From: Phoronis australis | Lineage: Eukaryota; Animalia; Phoronida | NCBI GenBank assembly: GCA_002633005.1 | Contig: NMRA01000155.1 | Location: 579,536-643,535 of the forward strand | Direction: 5' to 3' | Length of the DNA stretch: 64,000 nt | In this document: one piece after another, positions 22,601-35,358 of the stretch | How positions within the stretch are numbered: position 1 is the first letter of the stretch | Layout: every line of letters starts with the position of its first letter | Position numbers and translations under genes: made by a program | The notes under the pieces: model-generated | The model's input: the letters and a program-made list of their open reading frames with translations, nothing else | Told to the model about the DNA's origin: nothing | Databases searched by the model: none

Positions 22601-25151
22601 GATCCTCGGTTGACTCGTCTCGTACGCCCCATCTCATGTCCACAACCTAAAGGTTTAAATGGACCCAACCTTCTTATTTACTGATCAAACTTGGCAATTG
22701 AGAAAAAAATGGTTAGTTGAAATCAGCGTCTCAGTCTGTCAGTGTCGTGATACATGTAGCAGGCGTTCTATCTTCAAAAGAGTTGTGAAATGATGAGATA
22801 TCACGAACAATTACAGGTACATGTACGTTGTCTCCATCAAAAATGGATGACATTTTGAAACTTGCCGATGCCCTTGAACTGCCTGTTTGAGTATGAAGTT
22901 TCGAAAGGTTCATTAATTTGAGACATGCATGTATTTTGTCACTTGCTTTTTGGGTAGCGACAAGAACCATGGGCGACACACCATAGGGGGCTGGGGGATG
23001 TAGCCCCCACTTTTTTAGGTGCTACGCTGCACATGGTCGATGGTGATGCACCACAGGGGGCTGAGGGGGCTTTAGCCCCCCCCCCCCACATTTTTCAGTG
23101 CTGCGCCGCCCATGAGAACTGAAGTCAAAGTGTGATACAATTGAAACGGTGACATCCGGGGTACATACAATCATTTTGTTTCTGTAGTCTAATGCACAAT
23201 TATTCTCTAGTGATTTTCATTATGTTCATACTTGCAATGAGCACAGAAACCATATACTATTACTAAAAGTTTCCAATGAAAAACACGATTCAGAGGGAAA
23301 ACACGTTTGCCTGTTCACCAAATTCTGTTGCACCTCCTGCGTGACGTGCGCTCAATAACGTGACTGAACAACTGACGTACTTCTGGGCTCACGTCAGTGC
23401 TGGGCCACTTTTCACGTCACTGAACCCACCCTTACCTGAAACTCATAACCTATACTCTGACAATACTCCTTCAGCTTGGGATATACGCGCTGCATCAAAC
23501 TGTTCCGTTCTACCTGCGTATCTGAAATATAAGGACGAGGTCACACTGATGCACCTTTCAAATTTGGCATAGATGAAAATGTTGTTATTAAATCGAAAAT
23601 TCTATAAATTACTTTCCTTTATTTTAATTTAAACGAACATGAGTAACGAACAGCACATTGGAGAGATCTGTTCGTGTACAGGTGAACAATACATACCTGT
23701 GAAGGTAGAACTGGTGAAGATTCGAACCACTTTCACTGTGGACGGGTACGTCACGGTCATGGAACCAGTAATTAGAGCTCGGGTGATTTCTTCAGCATCT
23801 AAAAAGGCGTAAATGTTGATTACAAAGTCATGGAATGGTTCAGGTTAATGTCCTGGTAGTGCATTTAAAGTGACGTCATGGGCGAAAAAAGTGATGACCG
23901 AGAAGTTGCGCATCAGCAATCAATACTCCGTACTGACGAGCTCAATCGCACTCATGCTGAGCATTTCAAGCATATTTAAGTGACAAAGTCATCGGTCTTG
24001 GTTTCAACGAACGTCTGGCGGACCCTTCGGTGAGAATTGGTGATTCACAATAGGCGACAAACACATAACGGATCCATATTATTCTATAGCTCTACTCAAA
24101 GCTAATATCTTATGTCCAATCCCAAAATGTGTTTTGGCTGTAAAACGACAATGTCCCTTTTTGACCTGACACGAAACTCTGTGTTAGTCTATTAACTACG
24201 AATAATTCTTCTTGAGACACAATAATGCTAAGCGACTTTCGACAACACTCAAAATGTTTACATCAATGCGTAAAAATTAGGTCACGTGATGTGACCAACA
24301 AGTGGCGAGCATACCGGATTGAAAGGCAAATGTGACTAACACCAGGAACAGCTAACACTGATGTGAGAAATACTACTCATGGGCGGCACAGCACTGAAAA
24401 AGTAGCGGGGCTAAAGCCCCCTCAGCCCCCTGAGGTGCAAAGCCTATAGACCATGTGCGGCGTAGCACTGAAAAAGTGGGGGGCTATAGCACTGCCCCCA
24501 GCCCCCCTATATGTTGCGCCGCCCATGCTACTCATACTGGTTACATTTTAAGACACACCGAGAGCGTGTTAGGTGAATGCATAAACCTCTCCGGTGGAAG
24601 AAGCAATGTAGTAGGCAAGAAAAGGTGAACTTAAATAGAGAAAATTTACGAGCTATATTCAAGAAAATGGAAATGTTCTTTTAACGTGTCGCAGCCGACG
24701 TGCTCGCCGCCCGGCATTTCATGCATGTCTCACCTAGTTCATTTAACTCGCTTGCGTCTCCACTGTTGCATTCTTTATTAACTACAGATCCGTCATCATT
24801 TTCTTCATCAGTAGCGGCCGTTTCACTTTCTTTTTCGTCACCATCGGATTCTTCATTATGTTCTTCATCAGTAGCGGCCGGTTCTCTTTCGTCACCATCA
24901 GATTCCTCATGTTCTTCATCAGTAGCGGCCGGTTCTCTTTCGTCACCAACGGATTCCTCATCATTTTCTTCCTCACTAGCTGCCTTCTCAGTATCTTTGT
25001 CGTCAACATCAGATTGCTTGTCGTTTTTGTCATCGGAAGCGGCTCTTTCCGTGTCCATGCCGTCGTCTTTGTTTGCTTCGTACTGGGCAGGACTAGGGGT
25101 GGCCGTTCGTGCAGCAAGAGCCTCTTCACTCTTGCTGGAACCACAACCCAT
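7603..25151 (-). CDS. NACHT and WD40 repeat protein (NWD1/NWD2-like STAND NTPase with N-terminal DUF4062/NPHP3_N-type domain); 3' end uncertain
   Basis: 23 phase-consistent exons (~1303 codons): 25151-24734, 23798-23697, 23521-23436, 22646-22530, 21150-20926, 20460-20352, 20171-19991, 19100-19006, 18439-18226, 17340-17121, 16189-15971, 15581-15414, 15150-14975, 14324-14197, 13482-13377, 12776-12634, 12155-12011, 11123-10888, 10365-10261, 9856-9633, 9095-8970, 8245-8176, 7899-7603. Motifs: VVRIFTSSTFTD, ERNSLM, VVDMRWGVRDE, FLGQKYGYRP, Walker A GEPGCGKT, Walker B FIILDSLDQL, ELEDILSCDDEVL, RRLPPLLWVR, WYHRQF, RKLNQLPYHL. Possible terminal exon 7102-7017 with AATAAA at 6898-6893. Confidence 0.9.
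11788..11945. mobile_element. MITE with imperfect TIRs
   Basis: CGTTCAGTAGACGCTAGGACCT ... AGGTCCTAGCGTTAATGAACG inverted arms. Confidence 0.55.
12299..12458. mobile_element. CA..TG non-autonomous element, 5-bp TSD TATTC
   Basis: TATTC|CAGTGGCGGATT...GGATCCGCCCCTG|TATTC; homologous copy at 39064-39225. Confidence 0.85.
13057..13245. repeat. 18-20-bp minisatellite (GAAGACACGCGTAACAC/GT)
   Basis: About 10 degenerate copies with ACGCGT/ACATGT/ACGTGT cores; explains the repetitive ORFs at 12847-13376. Confidence 0.9.
19393..19715. mobile_element. CA..TG non-autonomous element, 5-bp TSD CAAGA
   Basis: CAAGA|CAGTAGCGGATCTAGG...CCTAAATCCACCTATG|CAAGA. Confidence 0.75.
21345..21565. mobile_element. 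Hairpin-type MITE
   Basis: TCACAAAATCGGTCTCAAAATGTTCCT ... AGGAATATTGAGAAGCCGATTTTATGA inverted arms. Confidence 0.6.
21954..22362. mobile_element. MITE with GGGCCC termini
   Basis: GGGCCCAGTCCCCAATCTTTTTACTTGAAA ... TTTCGAGTACAAAGATTAGAGACCGGGCCC; internal ACTCGA/TCGAGT motifs. Confidence 0.65.
22968..23114. mobile_element. CATGGGCG..CGCCCATG element, 5-bp TSD AGAAC
   Basis: AGAAC|CATGGGCG...CGCCCATG|AGAAC; inverted copy at 24378-24527. Confidence 0.85.
24378..24527. mobile_element. CATGGGCG..CGCCCATG element, 5-bp TSD CTACT
   Basis: CTACT|CATGGGCGGC...GCCGCCCATG|CTACT. Confidence 0.85.
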
Positions 25152-25958
25152 TGTCTGCAAGAGTCAAGGGGAACAAATTAATGACCTTCTTAATTAATTC
25201 TGAAATGGCTCAGAAAATTTTAAAGGATGGAATATAGACAAATGAATACAATACGGGCATGTTTGTAAACCAATACGATGATTGACTTCAATTAAATTAA
25301 AAAAGCGAACAGTATGTTTGGTTTTGCCAACTTCAGTCAAGTTCATGACGTTAACGCCATTTCTCTCAAGCATCTCATTCATTTATACGATTTGGTTAAT
25401 TCATGCAACCCAGTATCTACCTTTAACCTCAACTATATCTTCAATAATTGGCGAATTGATGTTGCAAAGCGTAGTATGTTTTGACGTATCTATCTTCATT
25501 GGCGATCTTTTTAATTATTATGCAACATTTAATTATTTTGAATAGCATATTAACACGCACTGGCGATCTACGTAATTCCTCACGACAGTCATGATGTATT
25601 TATAACGGAAAAAATTACAGAACTTTCCAACATGAAAACTCGAAATTTATCGCATTGTCGTACATCCGAATTGGCATTATCTTAGCGTAGAAACAAAGTG
25701 TAGCTGACATAACGGAACTGTTTAACACCTCATGGAGAACTATTAGTCCTGCTCAATATTCCAGGCCATTCACGCCAATACCGGTCAAAGGCATTTTACA
25801 GAGTATTTGCAATAAAACATGTTTCATATAAATAAAAGCTACCAATCATATATTGGAAAATTGTTTTGATCGGCTAATTTGGTGCATGAACTTCGTTTTG
25901 TGTCATTGGAATATAGACAATCCCTCACGCTGTTCTCGTTTCATGAGAAACAAATTAA

Positions 25959-27975
25959 GAGTGACTCCATATAAAAACCAACAGGTAGAGTCTATACCCA
26001 AAATCACCGATTTTTTTGAAACTTAGCACATGAGTTTGGTTTGTTGAGAAGTAGAAAAACCTCACTTTTTAAGAATTTTCATTCATTATTTTTCTTTTTA
26101 TGACCTGTGCCTCCATTTTGCAACAAAATTGGGCGTCGAAGTAGGCATGTTTGAATGCATTTTACAGCATGTATGATACGGTCAAAACAAATGAATAATA
26201 CCAATTGAAAGGGCAATGGCTGAATAATTTAATGGCATTACTTTCAAAATCCATTTTTAAATTTATACGTTTTGAATTTGTGAGGCAAAAACGGCTATTT
26301 TTCAGGTTTTCACTGAAGCCATTTTCGGCCACATTTGGCACTCTGTAGCAGCCATAACGCACCTTTCCTGAAATTGAATTTATAATAATTTGTTTAGTCA
26401 TTCCTAACCTGTTCATAATCTAAAATAAAAAATCTTGCCTCTAATGTAGTTTTTGCATACGAAGCATTATACGAACTGCACTTCGTCCTTTTGCATGTTC
26501 TCAGTTGCCTCTGCTTCCAATAGGGGGCTCTTGGAACATATAATTAGCTTGCGAAACACGACATNNNNNNNNNNNNNNNNNNNNNNNNNNNNNNNNNNNN
26601 NNNNNNNNNNNNNNNNNNNNNNNNNNNNNNNNNNNNNNNNNNNNNNNNNNNNNNNNNNNNNNNNNNNNNNNNNNNNNNNNNNNNNNNNNNNNNNNNNNNN
26701 NNNNNNNNNNNNNNNNNNNNNNNNNNNNNNNNNNNNNNNNNNNNNNNNNNNNNNNNNNNNNNNNNNNNNNNNNNNNNNNNNNNNNNNNNNNNNNNNNNNN
26801 NNNNNNNNNNNNNNNNNNNNNNNNNNNNNNNNNNNNNNNNNNNNNNNNNNNNNNNNNNNNNNNNNNNNNNNNNNNNNNNNNNNNNNNNNNNNNNNNNNNN
26901 NNNNNNNNNNNNNNNNNNNNNNNNNNNNNNNNNNNNNNNNNNNNNNNNNNNNNNNNNNNNNNNNNNNNNNNNNNNNNNNNNNNNNNNNNNNNNNNNNNNN
27001 NNNNNNNNNNNNNNNNNNNNNNNNNNNNNNNNNNNNNNNNNNNNNNNNNNNNNNNNNNNNNNNNNNNNNNNNNNNNNNNNNNNNNNNNNNNNNNNNNNNN
27101 NNNNNNNNNNNNNNNNNNNNNNNNNNNNNNNNNNNNNNNNNNNNNNNNNNNNNNNNNNNNNNNNNNNNNNNNNNNNNNNNNNNNNNNNNNNNNNNNNNNN
27201 NNNNNNNNNNNNNNNNNNNNNNNNNNNNNNNNNNNNNNNNNNNNNNNNNNNNNNNNNNNNNNNNNNNNNNNNNNNNNNNNNNNNNNNNNNNNNNNNNNNN
27301 NNNNNNNNNNNNNNNNNNNNNNNNNNNNNNNNNNNNNNNNNNNNNNNNNNNNNNNNNNNNNNNNNNNNNNNNNNNNNNNNNNNNNNNNNNNNNNNNNNNN
27401 NNNNNNNNNNNNNNNNNNNNNNNNNNNNNNNNNNNNNNNNNNNNNNNNNNNNNNNNNNNNNNNNNNNNNNNNNNNNNNNNNNNNNNNNNNNNNNNNNNNN
27501 NNNNNNNNNNNNNNNNNNNNNNNNNNNNNNNNNNNNNNNNNNNNNNNNTAAGGCTACAAGGTGTTTTATGGCAGTAAGAAGGTCACAAAAATGGCCACTA
27601 AAATTAGCCCCAAAAAGTGGTCTGTGGATTATCTCCCCTGTCTAGCACAAAACTGTTAGATTTTAATAAATGGCACAGAATTATGCACAGTATACGTTGA
27701 TTATTTCAGCCACCAAAATATAGCTTTTGATCTATTTTGTATGTTACTCATTTTTGTTGCTGAAAACATGCGATTTTTGAGACAGCTAATTTTCCCAATT
27801 GTGCCAATTTGTGTTATCATGCTCCAGCGGGGAAATTAGGGGTCATTGAGTGCACAAAATTTGGCATTTGAGTTTTTGTTAGGATACCTACCCATGAACA
27901 AAAAATGAAGTTGTTTTAAATTTTGACGTATAGACTGATTTTTGAAAATCTACTGGTTTTTATATGGACTGCCTC
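25959..27975. mobile_element. TTAA-flanked TIR element (Kolobok-like) spanning the N gap
   Basis: TTAA|GAGTGACTCCATATAAAAACCA ... TGGTTTTTATATGGACTGCCTC|TTAA; purine-start termini plus TTAA TSD. Confidence 0.7.
26565..27548. other. Assembly gap (984 N)
   Basis: Run of N. Confidence 1.
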
Positions 27976-30516
27976 TTAATATTCACAAGTTCCATATTAA
28001 CACTTTCAATTTTTGCTTTGCGTGTCCTTTCAAAAATACAAAAATTGACTTTGTTGAATGCAACTCATTCATACACGTTGCTACAGTCGTATTTTGTGTT
28101 GCTCTCCGGTTGCCACAAGGAGTGGTTGACATCCGGCTTACCTCTTGTATCAGCACGCCCACGCCCCAGAAACTGCAGACTAATTAATTAACGTGTACAT
28201 GTAGGTCACTTGAGAAATTGTTTTTTTGAGATTTCACATTTTACATCAAACGGAATTTAGTTATGTAATTGATATCGTTATTGTTCAGTGAATGTAAAAT
28301 TATCTTTCTTTTTGCTAACGACCAAACAGTGGTCACATGACCCAATTAGACCAGATTAGTATTAAGTGGAAAATGAGATTCTTGAGGCGTTCTACTTTCA
28401 GAAAATGTAAATGAGTTGAATTTTGAAAGCTTTAGTATCTAGACATATCATATTATTCTGTTCTATTGGATGATGCCCACACGACCGTTTGAAGACGTTT
28501 CAAAGTCGCGGTTGAACTACGTGTAGGCCTGCTTGTGGTCTGAATCAGTGGTAGTGCGGGTCAACAAACACGTAACGTAACTATATACTCAGTGATTTAC
28601 AATAAATTGACCTGAGAATTGAGATGCACCAATTCAGTGGTGTACTTATATTTGTTCAGCTTTACATATTGAAGACGTTTTTGTTTATTCATAAAGACAC
28701 TTCGCGCAACTATAATTTGTTTCAACCCAAGATATAATAAATACGAAACCAATTTCAAAATTTGTGACGGACCGTGCTCCTGATTGGCACATGCAGGCAC
28801 TCTTAATTTATTTTTTGTTTTTCTGTGGTGCGATGGTCTTTAGGAACCTGGAATCTTTCGTACATCAGCCCAGCACTCTGACACGAGCACAGATGAGATC
28901 ACTAAGTCGTCTAACACTCAAACGAACTAGTTACAGGCGCGTTGGTAGCCATACATGTACATGTATATCGCTTTGCCGCTGCTAAGCGATGTAATGCGGT
29001 GCACCTGTGTTTGCTATGTCCTCCATGTTCGACCGACATCGACCGCATCCCTGACGATAACAGTTTTACACAGGGCTCCTCAAACTTCAGTGGTCGAGAG
29101 TGGGGCGGCGGTGCCGGTCCCTACTTCAGTATAGGAGGGGGGACACTATCACTTCGTACACACACTCCGGCTATTACTGATTCCATAGGTGTCAATAGTC
29201 AACTAAGAGTCGGGCAATCTGTGCTAATGCGTGGGCACGACCTCTGCAGTGGTCCGTCGACCTATTACATTCTTCAGTTGAGGGTAGAAAGTTTACGTTA
29301 CCATGGCTACAAGATGGGGATTAATCTGCGCCACTATGAATAAGTGGTACCTGAAAATCACATGTATCTCTCACTTCGTCACCTCGTCGGTTGGATGTGG
29401 ATATCCACACTCACGATATTATGTACCTGTAACTGATGTGGTCGATTCTTGTTCGGTAACGTCCTATTCGCCGGGCGTAATGTCCGTCTCTCACTCCTGT
29501 TCAGCCATGAGCATAGATATACCGGCTACAAACCAACTCGTTGATATTACTCCGTATCTGAGCGACAATCATGTTGTGACCTTATCTTTCAAAACCCACA
29601 ATCCCATTCGTCAATATCAGCTCGTTCCAGGTCAGAACTAATTGATCGCTAAGTAGCTCAGACAGTCATGAATATTGTGATGAGCTCTGAAAGTCCATTG
29701 ATCAAGCTAACAATTCCATCCAATCATAACGCGGGAAAAAATAATTGGCTTTCACCGTAGTCTTTTGTAACGTTAATAGCACTGAAGTTCATAGTTTTAA
29801 GTCACACTTTGGCTGATTTGCAATCAAGGATGTATGCAGAGAACAGGGCATCGACAGACTTAAGCACAAAATCTACATAGATAAGCACAATGTAAAAAAT
29901 CATCTCCTGTATAAGTGGTCACGAATTTTTCTATTTCTATTTTCTTCATAATAGTGCGAGTTAAATGTGGAACGCTGTGTCGGTGAGGGCAGACTTGCAA
30001 AAACTCTCATGGCATTGACGGCAACTTAAGAGCTCGATAGTTTCTCATTTAATCCTTATCATGTGGACAACCAGTGGACATAGGACTTTCAAATGTAGCC
30101 GAATTCGCGATACCGGAGGTATTTTTTCTCACCCCCCCCCCCCCCCCCNCCACCATGGGTGCTGTAAGTGTGAAAAGTGGTGCTTTCAAGTTATTGGAGG
30201 CGTCTATTGTCTTGGGACGTTGTAGCGTACTGTAATTACACGTCGATTGTCTGCTGAAGTAACGGGCAGGGAATATTCCCGTTGCAACAATGTAAACCAA
30301 ACAATGTAAACCAAGGTTGGTTATAATGAAGTCATGCAACAAGGATGACACAAACGGTCACATGGCGTGGGAATCGAATCTCATGTCTGGGGATTGGGAT
30401 GCCACAGACGACTCGGATGCTGAAGCTGCCATGGGGACAAGATCTTCGAAAATATGTATTTTCCAAAGTATTTTATTAGACAATTTCTCTTTTGACCACT
30501 TATAGAGTTACCATTT

Positions 30517-30733
30517 CATGCGCGCACCCAGGGGGGCTCGGGGGGCTCGAAGGCGAAGTGGGTAAAAAGGGTCCGCCTCAGAGAAACAAGAAATCCGAGA
30601 AAAAGAGACAAAACGTCCACTGAAGCACATGTGGTACCCCGTTTGTTTTGGTCTTCCCGCTTTTTTGTTTGCAATAGGTCCACTTTTTCAGAGATTCTAG
30701 CCCCCCCCCCATATTAAAGGCTGGGTGCGCGTG
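30517..30733. mobile_element. CA..TG non-autonomous element, 5-bp TSD CATTT
   Basis: CATTT|CATGCGCGCACCCAG...CTGGGTGCGCGTG|CATTT. Confidence 0.8.
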
Positions 30734-31599
30734 CATTTTGTGTTGCAGTTATGTATTCGTTGTTCTTGATAAACATGTTCACTGCGAAAGCGCGATTCCC
30801 GCCCACGGCCCTTTTTATTTTGGAAACTTGACAATGCAGGAAAGAAAACGGGCATTAAGGCCTATATGTACATTTCGAAAATAAAATTTCATTTTCTGTC
30901 TTTGCGTTATCTGTCTAACAAACCAATTAATGTGCGGTGCTGTAGTCGGTGGTAAAATTAGAGGTAAGTAGGCGCCCAAAGGCCATCGTATCACCTTGAG
31001 CATTGAACGTAACTTACGGTGCTTAAGCGCTACGTTCAAATGCCAAAAGGTGTTGGCTGTGCCTGCGCCTACGCCCCACTACAGCTCTGCCCACTACAGC
31101 ACTGCTATGTGCCATTTCCCCGTATCCTGTTGTTCAAGTAGGATCTAGTGTCAAGTTACTGGATACACTGAGGGCTCACATGTCATGGTCCTCTTTTAGT
31201 GGGAGTTCTGGAGGTGCATTACTTAATGTCGACTGCAACGAGTTTTGATCACATTCTGTAACAATAGGCCCAAAAACGTCGTAACAGCAATGTGAAAAGA
31301 TGTGACAACTCCATTATTTCACTTTAACCAGTCGGTAAAAGCGATGGTACTTTGGATTTCCTTTGGTTTCACAGTTTTATCCGGGGCTCTCAGTCTACTG
31401 GGATCTTACAACTAGCCTATGTACATTTGTACTTTGTTACACGTCATGATGAGGTTCTTGTCGATACCAGAATAGGCTTGCTGTAAAACTAAGAGTTGCA
31501 AGGTTTTCATCGAGCTGGCTGGAAATGAACTTTTTCACATAAAATCTGGGTTCAAATGTGCGAAGACGAGTCCATAAGTCTTTCAGAATTATGGGATAA

Positions 31600-32430
31600 T
31601 TCTAAAGAATCCTCGACCCCACACCCCATGACCCCCTTGACCCACGACTCACAGCCCACTCGACCCACGACATGTGCCAATAAATGAATCTTAGCGATTT
31701 TTACAGACATTTCATAATCATATTACGTAGAGTGACTTTCCCATAAGACTTACCTACTCGCGAATTTGCTTTGACTCAAGCCTGGTGCTTAAAAACACAA
31801 AGTGACGTGAGAATGTGATCTGAGGTAACGAATTGGGAGCGTGCCGCTATCGTTGTCACCGCGGAAATAGTTACAGGAGCGGCAACCAATGGCCCAGTTC
31901 TACTATTTTTATAGGGAGAGAGTACGTTAAAGGGAATGTACATACTTAATTTTACATTTTTATTATTTTTTCTTGTTGTATACTCGTTTACGATATACTC
32001 CATGTAATGATGAGATATTTTTTAGTTGACAGTCAGTTTTTCAAACGGTATTAAATAAAAATTTTACTGATATCATATTTGTCGGTTCCGTGCACTCTCC
32101 AAAAAAGCTTGAATCTACCATTGACTGGAGAGCAGACGAGACAATTACACTCTGCCAGGAAAGACCTTTGTAACGTTTGGAGATGTAGGTCTTCGATTTG
32201 ATTTGGCTGTTTTTTTTTCTGTTTTGGCTTTCAAATTTGCCGAATCAACTCTCTTAATTGCAAAAGCAGCTAGAGAAAAGCCAGTCGAGCTTACGGTCAG
32301 ACTCATTGGCCCTGCAACTAAGCGCTTGTTCCATGTTCATATCTAGTCGATTTTGTGTAGGTCGAGGGGGTTGTGGGCCGTGGGTCGATTAGGAGGGGTC
32401 GTGAGGTGTGGGGGTCGAGGGGGCTTAGAA
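31600..32430. mobile_element. Old TIR element with ~70-bp imperfect arms
   Basis: TTCTAA...CCTCGACCCCACACCCCATGACCCC vs GGGGTCGTGAGGTGTGGGGGTCGAGG...TTAGAA. Confidence 0.6.
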
Positions 32431-32868
32431 TCCAGCATCATGGCGCGATTCAACTGCTCTGCCCTTCGCCGTGACGACTCACAGAGACACACAACGAAAG
32501 AAGATGAAATATTTGAAGTCTATCTTTGTACAAAATTGTTTTAAAAGTAATAAAATAAATGGTGTTGCTAAATTCTCCATCCGTTTTTGCTGCGTACGCC
32601 CCCAGTCTGCGATGTGCAAAACATTTCTTCATGTAGTGTGAAATGACGCCAATGGCACGACGTGGAGTTAGGATTGACAATGAGCTATGTGCACGTTAAA
32701 ACATTACATGTCGAAGTCGAGAAACAATTATTATTGCAGTCTTGCAGATAAAAAAATTGACACTCTTTCACTGCCGGATTTCCCGATTGTGCAGACCGCA
32801 ATGCGGGGTTCAGTACTACACACCGGCTATATTAACTCTGGGTAGCACTGTTGGGGTTTGCAGAGCAT

Positions 32869-35358
32869 TGATACGCCGTAAAATGTAACAACTGTTATCA
32901 TTGTTACATTTTACGTAGTTGTTACATTTCACGTCGAACGAACATGCGAGAAATGTACTATTGTTACATTTTACGAAACCCACTTCATATTGCAAAGAAA
33001 ATGACCATAATCACGAACAAGTGCTATCTAACGCGGCTGGGGTTACTGGAGTATTTTTAGAAGAGGAGTGCCGCCCGAAAATTTTGAATACCTACCCGTT
33101 TAGAGAGTAGGTTCGAAAGAAAAGTGTGAAAAAAACACCCTTTTGGGCTGTTCTTTTGGTATACATCTTCTCTAGGAATGACACGGGCTGACATGACATG
33201 AACTTGGATACCTATTATCGTTTTTTTAATATTACATTACTATCACTACTGTTACTACTATTAATACTTTTATTGCTATCACAAGTAGTACTCGTTATGA
33301 TCGTTTTTGATATCGTTATTAATATTAATATTTTTAAATTTATTTATTGAGGCCACAATACATGTTTAGCAAAGTGCTAATACATGATGGTCCTCAAAGA
33401 TTTTAAAATTATATCATTTATAGTTCAATGTTGTCATTGGACAAGTGTTGTTCCAAAAGGATATTAAAGGGGGTCCTGTGTTCAGCTTTAACGATATTGT
33501 GAGGAGCGTCTTGACAGCTGTGGATGCAGAGTAGGACTAGGGGCCTACTTTTTGGAAACGGAGAGGCTGAGATTTAAAATCTTGTTTAGGCGTGCATCAA
33601 CTTCAAAAATTGATTATTTCTGAACTATCGGCAAGCATTGAAAATATAGCTATATCCATCTGTAGTTTGCCACGAAGAACTAAATTCAGACCGCAAGTCG
33701 CTGACTTGTTGAAAAAATTGCTTGTAAAAGAACTGGGGATCGTTCCACGATGATGAGTAAGTTAAAAATTTGCGTTAAGTTGAACTCTGGAGACAGACAT
33801 TTTTCAAGAACTAATAACGAGTCGGCTGCGGTCTCCGGTTCATTAAAATAGCTGGTAATGGACACACAAAAACCACGCAACGATTTTATGTGGAGAGGAA
33901 CCCAATATTCTTAGAAAAACACAGTGATTTTAACAGCATGATTTGAACTAGGTTTCATTAAAAGTGGATTGCATGGAAAAAACGGCCAACGTCGAAGTCA
34001 GCATTGTTTAATATATACATTTAATGCAATGCATCAAAAGGATTAATATAGTAAATTCCCTTATCTTCGAGCTACAACCCAAAAAGTGGCGCCTCATGAG
34101 ACACGTGACTTCACGTCAATTAATAATGGAATGTCTAATCTTTGTCCTTATTTATATGTACTTTGAACTAACGACTTTTGACCAAATTGCAATTTTAATT
34201 CACATTTTATCTTCAAAGATAATGGAAAGAGAAAGGGCATGTTTTTATAGTCCGAAAGGCCGACTGTCAGCTTTTTTGGACTATTGCCCCTTTAAACTAT
34301 CGACCTAGACCAGGTTTGAGCAAAACGATCATGTTCCTTCAGAGTCCAAATATTTTCTATTACTCCAGCTAGGCATCCCATTTTTATATGTACACGTCAC
34401 GGTTTGACCTGTTGTTACCACCACCACTTCAGACAAGCTTGACATCATAGGAACAATGACATTTCTTTCGTTATTATGCCGCCACTTTTTTAAGCTAATG
34501 GCTCGCCCTTCTCAAAGGCGATATTTTGCTGTTGCTTTGACAAAATCTGTCAACCTGCAGGCAAATAAATGCGTGCTTATATTTTCTTCACCCACAATGT
34601 CTTTAAGAAATTGTTATTCGTAACTCATGTGGTAGACATTATCTGCCGGCATCAGAAACTTTGGTTTTGCTCCTTATGTGTGAAGCAGGGCAATTACTGA
34701 ATTAGCTATGACTCCAAGCCAATAAAGCATTGGCCGAAATAAACCAAACTATAGTGGACTAAAACTGGTGTTTTTGTTCTATCAAATTGGCTTCCGAAAT
34801 TGAACTCTTCCTGAAAATTTTTTGTTATTGTCGTTCGTTCCCGAAGAAATACGATAAATATTAGCCAAATACGATGTCATTGTTGTTCCTACCAAGGGAA
34901 GTGTGCCGCACAACTGGTTTGTGAGCGCCAACAAAAGATGGCAAGAACACTTGAACGATAAAAAACTTGTTACCATCCTGAAAACTCCTGTCGTGTGGAG
35001 TTGAAACTGTACGCTGTACATTTTTGACTATAACATAAAACCGCCCATGTTAAAAAAACATGGAAAGTACATCTATAAAGTCGACCCGGCACATTTGATA
35101 GAAATTCATTCCCACAATCCGAGAAAAATTTCCTCCGTGTGACAAATGCCATGCAAACTCATGAAATATGACGTCGCTTTCGTAAAATGTAACAATGGTA
35201 CATTCCTCGCTTGTGCATTCGACGTAAATTGTAACAATTTCATAAAATGTAACAACTTGTTACATTTTAGGAGAGGCCTAGCAACATAAAATGTAACAAT
35301 GACATAAAATGTAACAATTGTTACATTTTACGAAATTGTTACATTTTACTGCGTATCA
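32869..35358. mobile_element. 2.5-kb TG..CA TIR element with 6-bp TSD GAGCAT and nested insertions
   Basis: GAGCAT|TGATACGCCGTAAAATGTAACAA ... TTGTTACATTTTACTGCGTATCA|GAGCAT; subterminal arrays of AAAATGTAACAA in both orientations. Confidence 0.85.
33468..34291. mobile_element. Nested TTAA-flanked (Kolobok-like) non-autonomous element
   Basis: TTAA|AGGGG ... CCCCT|TTAA. Confidence 0.6.

Noticed and set aside
24700-25197. Ser-rich plus-strand ORF
   Set aside because: Antisense shadow of the acidic NWD exon 1.
26453-27577. 374-aa ORF
   Set aside because: Artefact of the N gap.
29130-29325. PPT-like AGGAGGGGGGA and PBS-like TGGCTACAAGATGGGGAT suggesting an LTR relic
   Set aside because: No TG..CA LTR boundaries, second LTR or gag/pol similarity.
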